A stretch of 31,235 nt of DNA, from contig CAJWLU010000032.1 of the NCBI GenBank assembly GCA_913043225.1, positions 1 to 31,235 of the forward strand, read 5' to 3'. Under the pieces are notes generated by a model. It ran no database searches. It was not told the DNA's origin and saw only the letters and a program-made list of their open reading frames with translations. Below, piece after piece: positions 10,036 through 18,845 of this stretch; positions within the stretch are counted from its first letter, which is position 1, and every line of letters begins with the position of its first letter. The stretch is from an uncultured Acidobacteriota bacterium. Its GTDB lineage: Bacteria; Acidobacteriota; Vicinamibacteria; Vicinamibacterales; UBA8438. A program made the translations under genes and the position numbers.

Positions 10036-10919
10036 GTCATCCGCTCCAGAGCCCGAAGCTTCGCCGAGCGCGCCCTGGGGTTACGTTGGACCTCATCGGC
10101 GTCGGGACGCAGAGGGCGACGAGTCAACACGCGGACCGCCGGGTCGCCGCCGCCTTCGAGCTCCCGCAGCGTGTACTTCACGATCCGATCCTCAAGCGAG
10201 TGGAAGCTGATAATGGCCAGCCTGGCACCGGCCCGGAGCCTGTTCGCGACCGCACGCAGAAAGCGTTCTAGCCCATCGAGTTCGTCGTTCACCCAGATCC
10301 GCAACGCCTGGAAGGTCCGGGTGGCCGGATCAATACGCCGGTAACCTCGCTGGCGGATAGCCCGACGGACGGCCGTCGCCAACTCGGTAGTCGTGGACAA
10401 CACCTCGGCGTCCCGCGCCGCGATGATCGATCTCGCGATCCTCCGGGAGTGACGCTCTTCGCCGTACTCGTAGATCACGTCAGCTAGTGCGTCAGCATCG
10501 ATGTCGGCCAGCCGTTCGGCCAGCGTCGGTCCCTGGCTGCGGTCCATCCGCATGTCGAGCGGGTCCTCGCGGCGGAAACTGAAACCTCGTCCCTCGCTCT
10601 CGAGCTGGATCGTGGAGTGACCAAAGTCGGCCACTGCCCCGTCGACAAAGTCGAGTCCACGGTCGTCCAGCACCGACTCGAAGCTCCGGTAATCGGCATG
10701 CACGAGTTGCGCTCGGCCGGCCCAAGGCGCCAGACGCTTGCGAGCGAGCGCCAGCACCTCCGGGTCGCGGTCCAAACCCAGCACCTTTGTCGCGCCGGCC
10801 TCGAGCAGCGCCTGCGTGTGTCCCCCCGACCCGACGGTGCAGTCGACGACAAGGCCGCGACCCTCGGGAGCCAGGAGTTGGGTAACCTCCGACCGCAGGA
10901 CCGGCTCGTGTAGAATCAT
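10032..10919 (-). CDS. rsmH: 16S rRNA m4C1402 methyltransferase RsmH
   Basis: HEPVL, DCTVGSGGH, RGFSF...PLDMRMD, TRTFQALRIWVN, ISFHSLEDRIVK, NPRARSAKLR. Start set at ATG 10919. Confidence 0.96.
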   Translation of the reverse strand: MILHEPVLRSEVTQLLAPEGRGLVVDCTVGSGGHTQALLEAGATKVLGLDRDPEVLALARKRLAPWAGRAQLVHADYRSFESVLDDRGLDFVDGAVADFGHSTIQLESEGRGFSFRREDPLDMRMDRSQGPTLAERLADIDADALADVIYEYGEERHSRRIARSIIAARDAEVLSTTTELATAVRRAIRQRGYRRIDPATRTFQALRIWVNDELDGLERFLRAVANRLRAGARLAIISFHSLEDRIVKYTLRELEGGGDPAVRVLTRRPLRPDADEVQRNPRARSAKLRALERMT

Positions 10920-10924
10920 CGCGT

Positions 10925-11365
10925 TCAGATGCCAAAGTTCGACAGCGCTTGCGAGTCGTCGTCGGTAAAGGGATCGTTCTCGAGCCGCTTCGCGAACCGC
11001 TCGTGATTCCACACGTCGAGATGGTCGTATTGACCGAATACGTCGACCTCTCCCACCATCGCTGCAGCTTCACGCAGCCTGAGATGAATCGACACACGCC
11101 CTTGCTTGTCGAACTCCGAGGGCTGGCCGAAGTAGTTGACCCTGTCGAAAAATTTGCTGCGCGCTGGCAGTGTGGAAGGGACCTGGGCGAGCTTTCGCTC
11201 TATCTCTACCCAGACGGGCATCGGGTAGATTCGGACCAGGTCACCAGTCAGGCTGGTAACGAAGAGCTGTGTGCCGAAGCGGTCCTCAATTGTCGTCCTG
11301 AACAGGGTCGGAATCTTGAGTCGGCCCTTGTCGTCGATCTTGGCCGAGAGATTTCCCCGTAGCAC
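10925..11365 (-). CDS. mraZ: Division/cell wall cluster transcriptional repressor MraZ
   Basis: Two DxxGR motifs (DDKGR, DKQGR); first gene of the dcw cluster; GTG start. Confidence 0.95.
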   Translation of the reverse strand: MLRGNLSAKIDDKGRLKIPTLFRTTIEDRFGTQLFVTSLTGDLVRIYPMPVWVEIERKLAQVPSTLPARSKFFDRVNYFGQPSEFDKQGRVSIHLRLREAAAMVGEVDVFGQYDHLDVWNHERFAKRLENDPFTDDDSQALSNFGI

Positions 11366-11400
11366 CCTATTTACTCCACTCTAGTCCAATAAAATCCCTA
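11365..11400 (-). promoter_or_regulatory. Putative MraZ operator: four hexamers at 10 bp spacing
   Basis: Minus strand TAGGGA (11400-11395), ATTGGA (11390-11385), AGTGGA (11380-11375), ATAGGG (11370-11365), resembling GTGG(G/A) MraZ boxes. Confidence 0.7.
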
Positions 11401-11403
11401 GCG

Positions 11404-11432
11404 ATAGTAGAAGGCGGTCGGCTCGGTGTCAA
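11404..11432 (-). promoter_or_regulatory. Sigma70-type dcw promoter
   Basis: TTGACA (11432-11427), 17 bp spacer, TACTAT (11409-11404); AT-rich tract upstream. Confidence 0.85.
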
Positions 11433-11562
11433 CAGATAAAAACTTTCTGTTCAATAATTTACGTCTAATTTTCGTCCCCATGCTTCGCAAACTGGCGCGA
11501 CGGATGGTCTCAGTGCCTTTCCGCCCATCGCGACGCACCAGCTCCACCTTGGTCCACTGACG

Positions 11563-12642
11563 ATGCTAAAGGCAGGACTGATCGGGCTTCCCTCCACCGG
11601 CAAGAGCACCCTCTTTCGCCTGCTGACGAGTTCTGGCGAATCGGCTACCGGAAGCGGACGGCAGAAAGCTCAGATGGGCGTGGCGCGGGTACCAGACACT
11701 CGGCTCGACCGCCTGACAGCACTCTTCGAACCAAAGAAGCACGTGCCGGCGACCCTCGAGGTCACCGAGCTCACCGGGCACGGAGGCGCTTCGGCTCTCG
11801 TCGACGTCTCAGGGTTCCGCGACGCGCACGCACTGCTACACCTGCTTCGAATGTTCACCGATGACCGCGTGCCGCACGCGTCCGGAAGCGTCGATCCGCT
11901 CAGCGATATCCGGGCGATGGAAGACGAGCTCATTTTGGCCGACCTCGCGGTCGCCGAGCGGCGACTGGAGAGGATCCAGCAGGACCGCAAGAAGGGAAAG
12001 AGCCGGGAACTGGACGAAGAACAGCGGGTCATCGAAACGTGCCGGTCCGCGCTCGAGGAGGGGCAAGCGCTCCGCAACCTGTCGTTGGAAGGAGACGACA
12101 CCAAGCGCCTGCGCGGCTTCAGCTTCCTCTCGGCAAAACCTCAGCTGATCGTACTGAACCTCGACGAGGCGGACGTCAGCGATTCGGCCGGCGCCGTGGA
12201 GCGAGCTGGACTATCCGGCGCCCTGAGCGGCAGCGGCACCGAAGCCGTTCCGCTCTGCGCGAAAATCGAGCTCGAGATCGCGGAGCTGCCACCCGAAGAT
12301 CGAGCCGCCTTTCTCGCCGACCTTGGACTCTCGGACTCTGGCCTCGACCGAGTCATCCGGGCAAGCTATCATCTACTCGGGTATCGTTCGTTCTTCACCG
12401 TCGGCAAAGACGAGTGCCGCGCGTGGTCGATCCCGGCGGGCACCTCGGCCCAAGAGGCCGCGGGTGAGATCCACAGCGACTTGGCACGAGGCTTCATCCG
12501 CGCCGAGGTCGTGCCCTGCGACGCGCTCATTGCCCGCGACGGCTCGCATGCAGCCTGTCGAGAGCACGGCGAGGTCAGACTCGAGGGCAAGGAGTACGTC
12601 GTCGCCGACGGCGACGTTATTAACTTTCGCTTCGCGACATGA
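11563..12642 (+). CDS. ychF: YchF/OLA1-family ATPase (divergent G motifs)
   Basis: GLPSTGKST, VPDTRLDRL, ELILADL, LSAKP, FFTVGKDECRAW, AAGEIHSDLARGFIRAE, RLEGKEYVVADGDVINFRF. Confidence 0.9.
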   Translation: MLKAGLIGLPSTGKSTLFRLLTSSGESATGSGRQKAQMGVARVPDTRLDRLTALFEPKKHVPATLEVTELTGHGGASALVDVSGFRDAHALLHLLRMFTDDRVPHASGSVDPLSDIRAMEDELILADLAVAERRLERIQQDRKKGKSRELDEEQRVIETCRSALEEGQALRNLSLEGDDTKRLRGFSFLSAKPQLIVLNLDEADVSDSAGAVERAGLSGALSGSGTEAVPLCAKIELEIAELPPEDRAAFLADLGLSDSGLDRVIRASYHLLGYRSFFTVGKDECRAWSIPAGTSAQEAAGEIHSDLARGFIRAEVVPCDALIARDGSHAACREHGEVRLEGKEYVVADGDVINFRFAT

Positions 12643-13622
12643 GAACGCTTATTACCGGTGGCGCCGGATTCATCGGCTCGCATCTAGCACACGCCCTGCT
12701 CGAGGCCGGCCATGAGGTTTTCGTTCTCGACAACCTCTCGACCGGCTCAATCGACAACATCGAACCCCTGAAGTCGCACCCTGGCTTCGACTATGCCATC
12801 GACACGATCACCAACGAGCCGGTGCTGGCCGAGCACATCGACCGGAGCGATGTGGTCTTCCACCTCGCGGCTGCCGTGGGTGTCCAGCTGATCGTCGAAG
12901 CACCAGTCCACACCATCGAGACTAACGTAAACGGCACCGAAGCGGTGTTACGTCACGCGGTGAAAAAACGAAAGCTCGTGGTCATCGCCTCGACCTCGGA
13001 GGTCTACGGTAAGAGCACGGCCATTCCGTTCCACGAGGACACCGAGTTGGTGCTGGGTTCGACCCGGCAGCATCGCTGGGCGTATGCCTGCTCGAAGGCG
13101 ATCGACGAGTTCCTGGCGCTGGCGTACTGGAAGGAGCGACAGCTGCCGGTGATCATCGTGCGGCTCTTCAACACCGTCGGGCCTCGTCAAACGGGGCGCT
13201 ACGGGATGGTGATCCCGAACTTCGTCCAGCAAGCGCTAGCCCATGAACCGATCACTGTGTTCGGGACCGGCACCCAATCACGCAGCTTCGGGTATGTCGG
13301 CGACGTGGTGCGCGGCATCCTCGCCCTGGTCGATGAACCAAAGGCGGTGGGCGAGGTCTTCAACCTGGGCAACGACGGGGAGATCTCGATTCGAGATCTC
13401 GCCAGCTTGGTCAAGACCATGGCGGCCAGTCGCTCCGACATTGTCAACGTGCCCTACGAGGAAGCCTACGAAAGCGGCTTTGAAGACATGCCCCGGCGGG
13501 TACCCGACCTGTCGAAGGCCAGAGCACTGGTTGGCTACGCGCCACAGGTCCAGCTGCAGGAGATCCTTAAAAGGGTGATCGAACACCACCGGACCGGCGA
13601 CCCCGAACGCTGGCGGACCTGA
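12639..13622 (+). CDS. NAD-dependent sugar-nucleotide epimerase/dehydratase (extended SDR)
   Basis: TGGAGFIGS, HLAA, STSEVYG, YxxxK (YACSK), RLFNTVGPRQ. ATGA overlap with ychF. Confidence 0.9.
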   Translation: MRTLITGGAGFIGSHLAHALLEAGHEVFVLDNLSTGSIDNIEPLKSHPGFDYAIDTITNEPVLAEHIDRSDVVFHLAAAVGVQLIVEAPVHTIETNVNGTEAVLRHAVKKRKLVVIASTSEVYGKSTAIPFHEDTELVLGSTRQHRWAYACSKAIDEFLALAYWKERQLPVIIVRLFNTVGPRQTGRYGMVIPNFVQQALAHEPITVFGTGTQSRSFGYVGDVVRGILALVDEPKAVGEVFNLGNDGEISIRDLASLVKTMAASRSDIVNVPYEEAYESGFEDMPRRVPDLSKARALVGYAPQVQLQEILKRVIEHHRTGDPERWRT

Positions 13623-13717
13623 GCCTAGAGTGCGTTGCGAGGCACGGCAAGGCTTTGAAACGGGCTCTTGACGTCGACTACCCTTTAGTCTGGCACCGAC
13701 GTATATTGGGCCCAGAG

Positions 13718-14445
13718 ATGTTCGGACGCAGCCCTTGCCGTGCCGCCAGCGCTCTGCTGGCCCTCGTGGCCAGTGTGGCCCCCGTTCTGGCCAACGAGCT
13801 GGAGCTGACTATGGGCGGGGGCGCGTCACGATCCTGGCTCAGGACACGTCGCTGAAGGCGATTCTGGCGGAATGGGACCGCGTCGGGAATACGGTAGTAA
13901 TCGATGCCGACAAGCTTGCCGACGAGCGCATCAGTCTCGAGCTGGTGGACGTGCCGGAGGCGGCAGCGCTCCCGACGCTCCTTCGCACGGCGGCTGGCTA
14001 TATGGCAGCACCGCGAGCCGCAGCCAGCGGGGGTGCGTCCCGCTTCGATCGCATCTTAATCATGGCCACGAGCAAGCCGGCCGCGCCAGCGAATCCGCCC
14101 GCCACGACGGCGCGCCGGGCGCCGAGCCCAGCTCCTCTGAGCGCCGGAGGACAACGCCTGGAAGTAGTGCCGAATGCGCCACGTGGCCGGACATCTTTCA
14201 CCGTCAGCGCTGCCCAGCAGGAACAGCTCGACCAGCTGCAGGCTCTGCTGCAACAAAGCGGTGATGAGGAAGAAAACGAGCCGGATGGAAAGGACGAGCC
14301 AGTGTTCGGCAACCTGCCGAGCTCCCTACCCGGGCAGATGATGTCCACCGACGACGGCAGCACTCCAGAGAGCGTGCCCAAGGGGACCTTTGGCTCGACG
14401 CCGTCCGCCCAGACGGCCGTACTGATACCGTTCCCCGGACGCTAG
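13718..14445 (+). pseudogene. Secreted hypothetical protein (secretin-N/STN-like domain plus disordered tail) split by a 1-nt frameshift
   Basis: ATG 13718 encodes signal-peptide-like MFGRSPCRAASALLALVASVAPVLA-NELELTMGG. Protein-like sequence continues in the -1 frame after G5 at 13817-13821 (RVTILAQDTSLKAILAEW...LELVDVPEAAALPTLLR). May be a sequencing indel. Confidence 0.65.
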
Positions 14446-15230
14446 TCCGGACCCGCGTGTTGGCTCGGGTGCTCCGTTCCATACAGGCCGACCGTAGGTT
14501 CAGGGATGTCATGTCCCTCGAGGCGAAGCAGCGCCCCCTTCGTGTCCAAACCGCCTGTAAAACCCCCAAGCAGGCCACCGCTGGCAAGCACCCGATGACA
14601 GGGAATGACGATCGGCACGGGATTGCGCCCAAGTGCCCCGCCGACCGCGCGACTTGCACCCGGTGAACCTAGTGAGCGGGCGAGCGTACCGTAGCTCGAC
14701 ACGCGACCGAACGCGATCCCGTCTACCGCCCGCAGCACCTTCTCGGTGAACGGCGTAACCTGACGCAGGTCGATCGGAAGCTGGAATCGGGTTAGGCGGC
14801 CGGCAAAGTAGGCTTCGAGCTGGTCCGTCGCTTCGGACACACTCTCATCATCACGCCACACCTCGGCCGACCACTTTTGCAGCCACCCCCGGTAGGTTTC
14901 GTCGGACGTCTGACGGAAGGACACGTCACACAACCCCTCGTCGGTCGCTCCCACGAAGATCCGCCCCACCGGCGAGGCGATTGATCCGAACCTCACTACC
15001 GAATGACCGGCCCAATCGAACGCCGCCTTGCGACGTTGCCGCACGGCGCGTAGCTGCTGCGAGCTGGTTTCATACGGAGCGTCCAGCCCCCTCAGCCCTC
15101 GCGCCGGTTCCCAGTGCCGTGCGCACGAGTCGCAGGTCTCGGCGTGGCGGGTAAGCACATCCGTCGACTCAGGACGGTGGTCGCCAGCCAACCACGCGTT
15201 CAGCTCTCGCGCGAACCGTTTGCAGTTCAT
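14442..15230 (-). CDS. Fusion of zinc-binding anti-sigma (zf-HC2/ZAS) domain and methylated-DNA--protein-cysteine methyltransferase (Ogt/MGMT)
   Basis: N-terminal C3-x25-H29-x3-C33-x2-C36; C-terminal SYG.LA...SRAVG.ALGRNPVPIVIPCHRV...GGF.GG...K..LL.LE with active-site Cys211. GGAGG RBS before ATG 15230. Confidence 0.9.
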   Translation of the reverse strand: MNCKRFARELNAWLAGDHRPESTDVLTRHAETCDSCARHWEPARGLRGLDAPYETSSQQLRAVRQRRKAAFDWAGHSVVRFGSIASPVGRIFVGATDEGLCDVSFRQTSDETYRGWLQKWSAEVWRDDESVSEATDQLEAYFAGRLTRFQLPIDLRQVTPFTEKVLRAVDGIAFGRVSSYGTLARSLGSPGASRAVGGALGRNPVPIVIPCHRVLASGGLLGGFTGGLDTKGALLRLEGHDIPEPTVGLYGTEHPSQHAGPD

Positions 15231-15765
15231 TAGTGTTTCCTCCGGGCACAATCCGCAACCGCACCCTGTTCGTCGAGCTCACGCCGCAGTCATCGCGCCG
15301 CCTGATAGACGCTTACCCGCGCTGCCGCGGTCGTACAGTCGAGCGTCTCCCCGAGTTCGGCACCACGGTGGCCTGGAGCCAGCGTTCCACGAACGCCGCC
15401 CGTTGCTTCGGAGGCAACTGAGCGACCGCTTCTCACAAGACGGTCGCCATGGTGTCGAACTCGAGAGACTCTGATGTGGCCGGCGTCGAACTGGCATGCT
15501 CTTCTTCCAGATCGGTCTCGGGTTGACGGCGTGCGGCACGACGGTGATTCAAGAACAGATTCGTGGCAATGCGATACAGCCAAGCGCGGCGATTCGCGGT
15601 GGCGGGCAGCTAGTCCACCTGACGGAATGCCCGCAGGAAGGTCTCCTAGAACAGATCTTCCCCGAGGATGACATCTCCCGTCAGTCGCGCGAAATAGCCG
15701 AGTTGCGCCCCCTAATAGCGGTCAATGAGCTCGCCGCAATCGACCGCTGTATCCCAATATCGCAC
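15230..15765 (-). pseudogene. ECF-type sigma factor pseudogene (5 in-frame stops, 1 frameshift); start approximate
   Basis: Hand translation: ELIDRY*GAQLGYFARLTGDVILGEDLF*ETFLRAFRQVD*LPATANRRAWLYRIATNLFLNHRR (region 2) ... L*EAVAQLPPKQRAAFVERWLQ / GHRGAELGETLDCTTAAARVSVYQAAR*LRREL (region 4). Final TAA overlaps the downstream ATG (TAATG). Confidence 0.9.
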
Positions 15766-15917
15766 CCTGAATCCAGAACCGACTAATGAAGCTGTTCTTA
15801 CCCCATAACCCCAACGAAAGTCCGCTGCGAGAAACGAGTTGGGGAAAGCCCTCCGCGTCGGTATGGTACGCTGGCCACGGCCGGACCACGCCCGGTCCCA
15901 ACCCACGACACTGAACG

Positions 15918-17573
15918 ATGACACGCTCCGAGCCGGCCGCGCCGGCCCCGGCGTCCTCCCCAACCGAACCGTCCTCCGGTAACGACAACTCGGGCCTGAC
16001 GGGGTCGGCCACCGTCGTTGGCGCCGCCACCATGACCAGTCGAGCTCTGGGGCTCGTGCGCGACCAAGCGCTGGCGTTCTACTTCGGTGCTGGCGATGCG
16101 ATGGACGCATTCTATGTCGCGTTCCGCGTGCCGAACCTCATGCGGGACCTGTTCGCCGAAGGCGCGATGAGTGCGGCGTTCGTACCCACCTTCACCCGTC
16201 GTCTGACCCACGACGGACGAGAGGCGGCTTGGCGGCTCGGCACCCAGCTGATCAACGCCTTGGTCGTGGTCACCGGCGTGCTCGTGGCGGCTGGCATCCT
16301 CTTCGCCGAACCTATCACCCGCACAATCGCGGGCGACTTTGCCGCCGTACCGGGCAAGCTCGAGCTGACCACGCAAATGACCAGGCTGATGCTGCCCTTC
16401 TTGACCCTGGTGGCCATCGCGGCCGCCTGCATGGGCATGCTCAATTCGCTCCGCCGGTTCTTCACCCCGGCGCTGTCGCCCGCGATGTTCAACGTCAGCC
16501 TGATCGTCTGCGCGGTGGCATTGGTCCCGCTGATGCCGAGCATCGGCCTGGATCCGATCATGGCGATCGCCTTGGGCGTCGTTGTGGGCGGCCTAGGTCA
16601 GATCGGGGCACAGTACTGGGCACTCCGGCGCGAGGGATTCCGCTATCGGCTCCTCCTGGATCCGCGGGACCAGGGGTTACGCGAAGTGCTGAGCCTAATG
16701 GGTCCAGGAACCATCGCGGGCGCAGCACTGCAGATCAATCTCCTCGTCACCACCATCCTCGCCACGAGCCAGGGCACGAGCGCGGTGTCGTGGCTCACCT
16801 ACTCGTTCCGCCTGATGTACCTTCCGATCGGCATCTTCGGAGTCTCGATCGCCACCGCGGCACTCCCGGTCCTCTCCCGACACGCGGCGCTCGACGAGCT
16901 GGCCGGCGTTCGCAGTACCGTCTCCGAGGCTCTACGGCTCATGCTGATGTTGATGATTCCCGCCACGGTGGGCCTGATGCTGCTAGCCGAGCCGATCGTC
17001 CGCCTCATCTTTGAGCGCGGCCTGTTCACAGCCACTGACACCAGGGGCACGGCGCTGGCGCTGGCGTGCTACGCGCCAGGCATCATCGGGTACTCGGCCG
17101 TCAGATTGGCGGTGCCGAGCTTTTATGCACTGGGCACCAGCTTCACCCCCGCGCTCGTGAGCATCGGCACCATAGTGCTCAATATCGCTCTGAATCTCGT
17201 CCTCGTCGATGCGGTCGGCTACCAAGGTTTAGCCATGGGCAACGCCATTGCGGCGCTGTCAAATGCCGGGATACTGCTGTTCTTGCTAAGGATTCGATTA
17301 GGGGGGCTCGACGACAGACTGGTACTCGATAGCCTGGCCCGGATCGCAGTCGCCACCGCAATCATGGGAGCGGCGGTGTGGGCCACCGCGCGTCGATTCG
17401 AGACACTCTGGCCAGAACCTGGCCTGATGGAGCAACTGGTGGCCGTCAGTTCAGGAATCGGCATCGGCCTCGCCACCCTGGCACTGGCGGCACGCCTACT
17501 CCGGCTGCGCGAGTTCGAGCAGGTCATGGCGCAACTGGGACGACGGTTCCGCAGACGACCAATCCGCACCTGA
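15918..17573 (+). CDS. murJ: Lipid II flippase MurJ
   Basis: SRALGLVRD, DAFYVAFRVPNLMRDLFAEGAMSAAFVP, RLMYLPIGIFG, FERGLF; many TM helices. Confidence 0.95.
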   Translation: MTRSEPAAPAPASSPTEPSSGNDNSGLTGSATVVGAATMTSRALGLVRDQALAFYFGAGDAMDAFYVAFRVPNLMRDLFAEGAMSAAFVPTFTRRLTHDGREAAWRLGTQLINALVVVTGVLVAAGILFAEPITRTIAGDFAAVPGKLELTTQMTRLMLPFLTLVAIAAACMGMLNSLRRFFTPALSPAMFNVSLIVCAVALVPLMPSIGLDPIMAIALGVVVGGLGQIGAQYWALRREGFRYRLLLDPRDQGLREVLSLMGPGTIAGAALQINLLVTTILATSQGTSAVSWLTYSFRLMYLPIGIFGVSIATAALPVLSRHAALDELAGVRSTVSEALRLMLMLMIPATVGLMLLAEPIVRLIFERGLFTATDTRGTALALACYAPGIIGYSAVRLAVPSFYALGTSFTPALVSIGTIVLNIALNLVLVDAVGYQGLAMGNAIAALSNAGILLFLLRIRLGGLDDRLVLDSLARIAVATAIMGAAVWATARRFETLWPEPGLMEQLVAVSSGIGIGLATLALAARLLRLREFEQVMAQLGRRFRRRPIRT

Positions 17574-17614
17574 TTTGGCGTGGTACGATCGAACGATACG
17601 CCGAGCCGGACCCC

Positions 17615-18394
17615 ATGGCACGCTACGCCCCCTCCTCGATGCAATTCTCATTCGGTCCCGGCACCGTCACGCCGATGGTGAAGACCCTGATCTGGGCCAA
17701 CGTCGGCGCCTTCGTGGCAAGCGAACTGATCTCACCGCTGGGCGCTCTCCTATTCGATCTCTTCGGGCTCCGCCCTCAGGCCGTGCTAACGGGCTTACGG
17801 GTGTGGCAACCGTTCACCTATCTGTTCCTACACGGCGGATTCACCCACATCCTGTTCAACATGCTCGCGCTGTGGATGTTCGGTACCGAGCTCGAGCGGT
17901 TGTGGGGGTCGAAGTTCTTTCTTCGCTACTACTTCGTCACCGGAGTGGGAGCCGGGATCACAATGATCATCGCGTCGTTCGTGCCCTCGGCCTTCGGCGA
18001 TGGCATGTACGTCTCCACGACGATTGGCGCGTCCGGCGCGGTGTACGGATTGCTACTCGCCTTCGCTCTGTATTACCCCGAGCGGCCGCTGTTCATGTTC
18101 CCGTTCCCGATTCCGATTCCGGCGAAGTATTTCGTCATGATCATCGGTGCGTTCGTCTTCTTCTCCTCGTTCAACGACACGGCCGGCGGCATCGCCCACA
18201 TGGCCCACCTGGGCGGCCTGGCCGTAGGCTACTTCTACCTCAAGCGGGGTGGCGGAGCCGGCCTCTCTCAGATGGGTCGATTCGGCGTGATGGCCGAAAT
18301 CAAGTACCGGTACCTCAAGTGGAAGATGGGGCGGCTCCGGAAGAAATTCCAGATCCATCCAGGTCGGGACGACTGGGACAGTCGCGTGCACTAG
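17615..18394 (+). CDS. Rhomboid family intramembrane serine protease
   Basis: WQPFTYLFLH..F.HILFNM, GASG (catalytic Ser), AHLGG (catalytic His). Start set at ATG 17615; possible extended -10 TGGTACGAT at 17581-17589. Confidence 0.92.
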   Translation: MARYAPSSMQFSFGPGTVTPMVKTLIWANVGAFVASELISPLGALLFDLFGLRPQAVLTGLRVWQPFTYLFLHGGFTHILFNMLALWMFGTELERLWGSKFFLRYYFVTGVGAGITMIIASFVPSAFGDGMYVSTTIGASGAVYGLLLAFALYYPERPLFMFPFPIPIPAKYFVMIIGAFVFFSSFNDTAGGIAHMAHLGGLAVGYFYLKRGGGAGLSQMGRFGVMAEIKYRYLKWKMGRLRKKFQIHPGRDDWDSRVH

Positions 18395-18457
18395 CTAGCG
18401 CCGTCAGTTCCGCTCTACCGAACTTTTCAGCAATCCTGCGACACGAGTCCGGACAGC

Positions 18458-18811
18458 CTACTCGCCGCCTGGCAGCCAATCGGCACGGGTCGGGCTAAAG
18501 ACATCCAACTCGAAGGTGTCGGCCAATGCCTCGATCTGGTGCGGCACACCCGACGGAATACGGACCACCTCCCCATCTCGCACCAGCACCTCAGTGTCGT
18601 CGATCCGCACCTTGAGCACACCATCAAGTACGTAGGTCATCTGCTCGCTCTCGTGGGTGTGGAGAGGCACCAGCGCCCCACGCTTCAGATAAACCTGGGC
18701 AAGCGTCTGGCGGTCACCGGATACCACTTTTCTCGAGATGAGCTCTGTGACCTTGTCGAGCTCAAGCTCGTCCCATCCGGTCACAGCCACGCGTGGTCCA
18801 CCCCAAGACAC
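18458..18811 (-). CDS. Cupin-domain protein (KdgF-like)
   Basis: PLHTHESEQMTYVLDG and GEVVRIPSGVPH cupin motifs; C-terminal DVFSPTRADW. Confidence 0.88.
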   Translation of the reverse strand: MSWGGPRVAVTGWDELELDKVTELISRKVVSGDRQTLAQVYLKRGALVPLHTHESEQMTYVLDGVLKVRIDDTEVLVRDGEVVRIPSGVPHQIEALADTFELDVFSPTRADWLPGGE

Positions 18812-18832
18812 TTAGCTTATTATCTTACTATC

Positions 18833-18845
18833 TATCAATAACTTA
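18833..18845 (+). promoter_or_regulatory. IHF-consensus site in the divergent cupin/E1 intergenic region
   Basis: TATCAA-TAAC-TTA matches WATCAANNNNTTR, with an AT-rich tract 5' of it. Confidence 0.5.

Noticed and set aside
10920..11012. Longer N-termini in the ORF track for rsmH, ftsW, murD, rhomboid, atpZ and atpI
   Set aside because: Extensions overlap upstream genes or regulatory DNA; downstream starts match family N-termini and start/stop coupling.
15230..15765. Stop-codon recoding (TAG as Gln/Pyl, TGA as Sec/Trp) of the ECF gene
   Set aside because: Many intact genes here end in TAG (atpB, atpE, nuoM, nuoK) or TGA, and the gene also needs a frameshift; decay is simpler.
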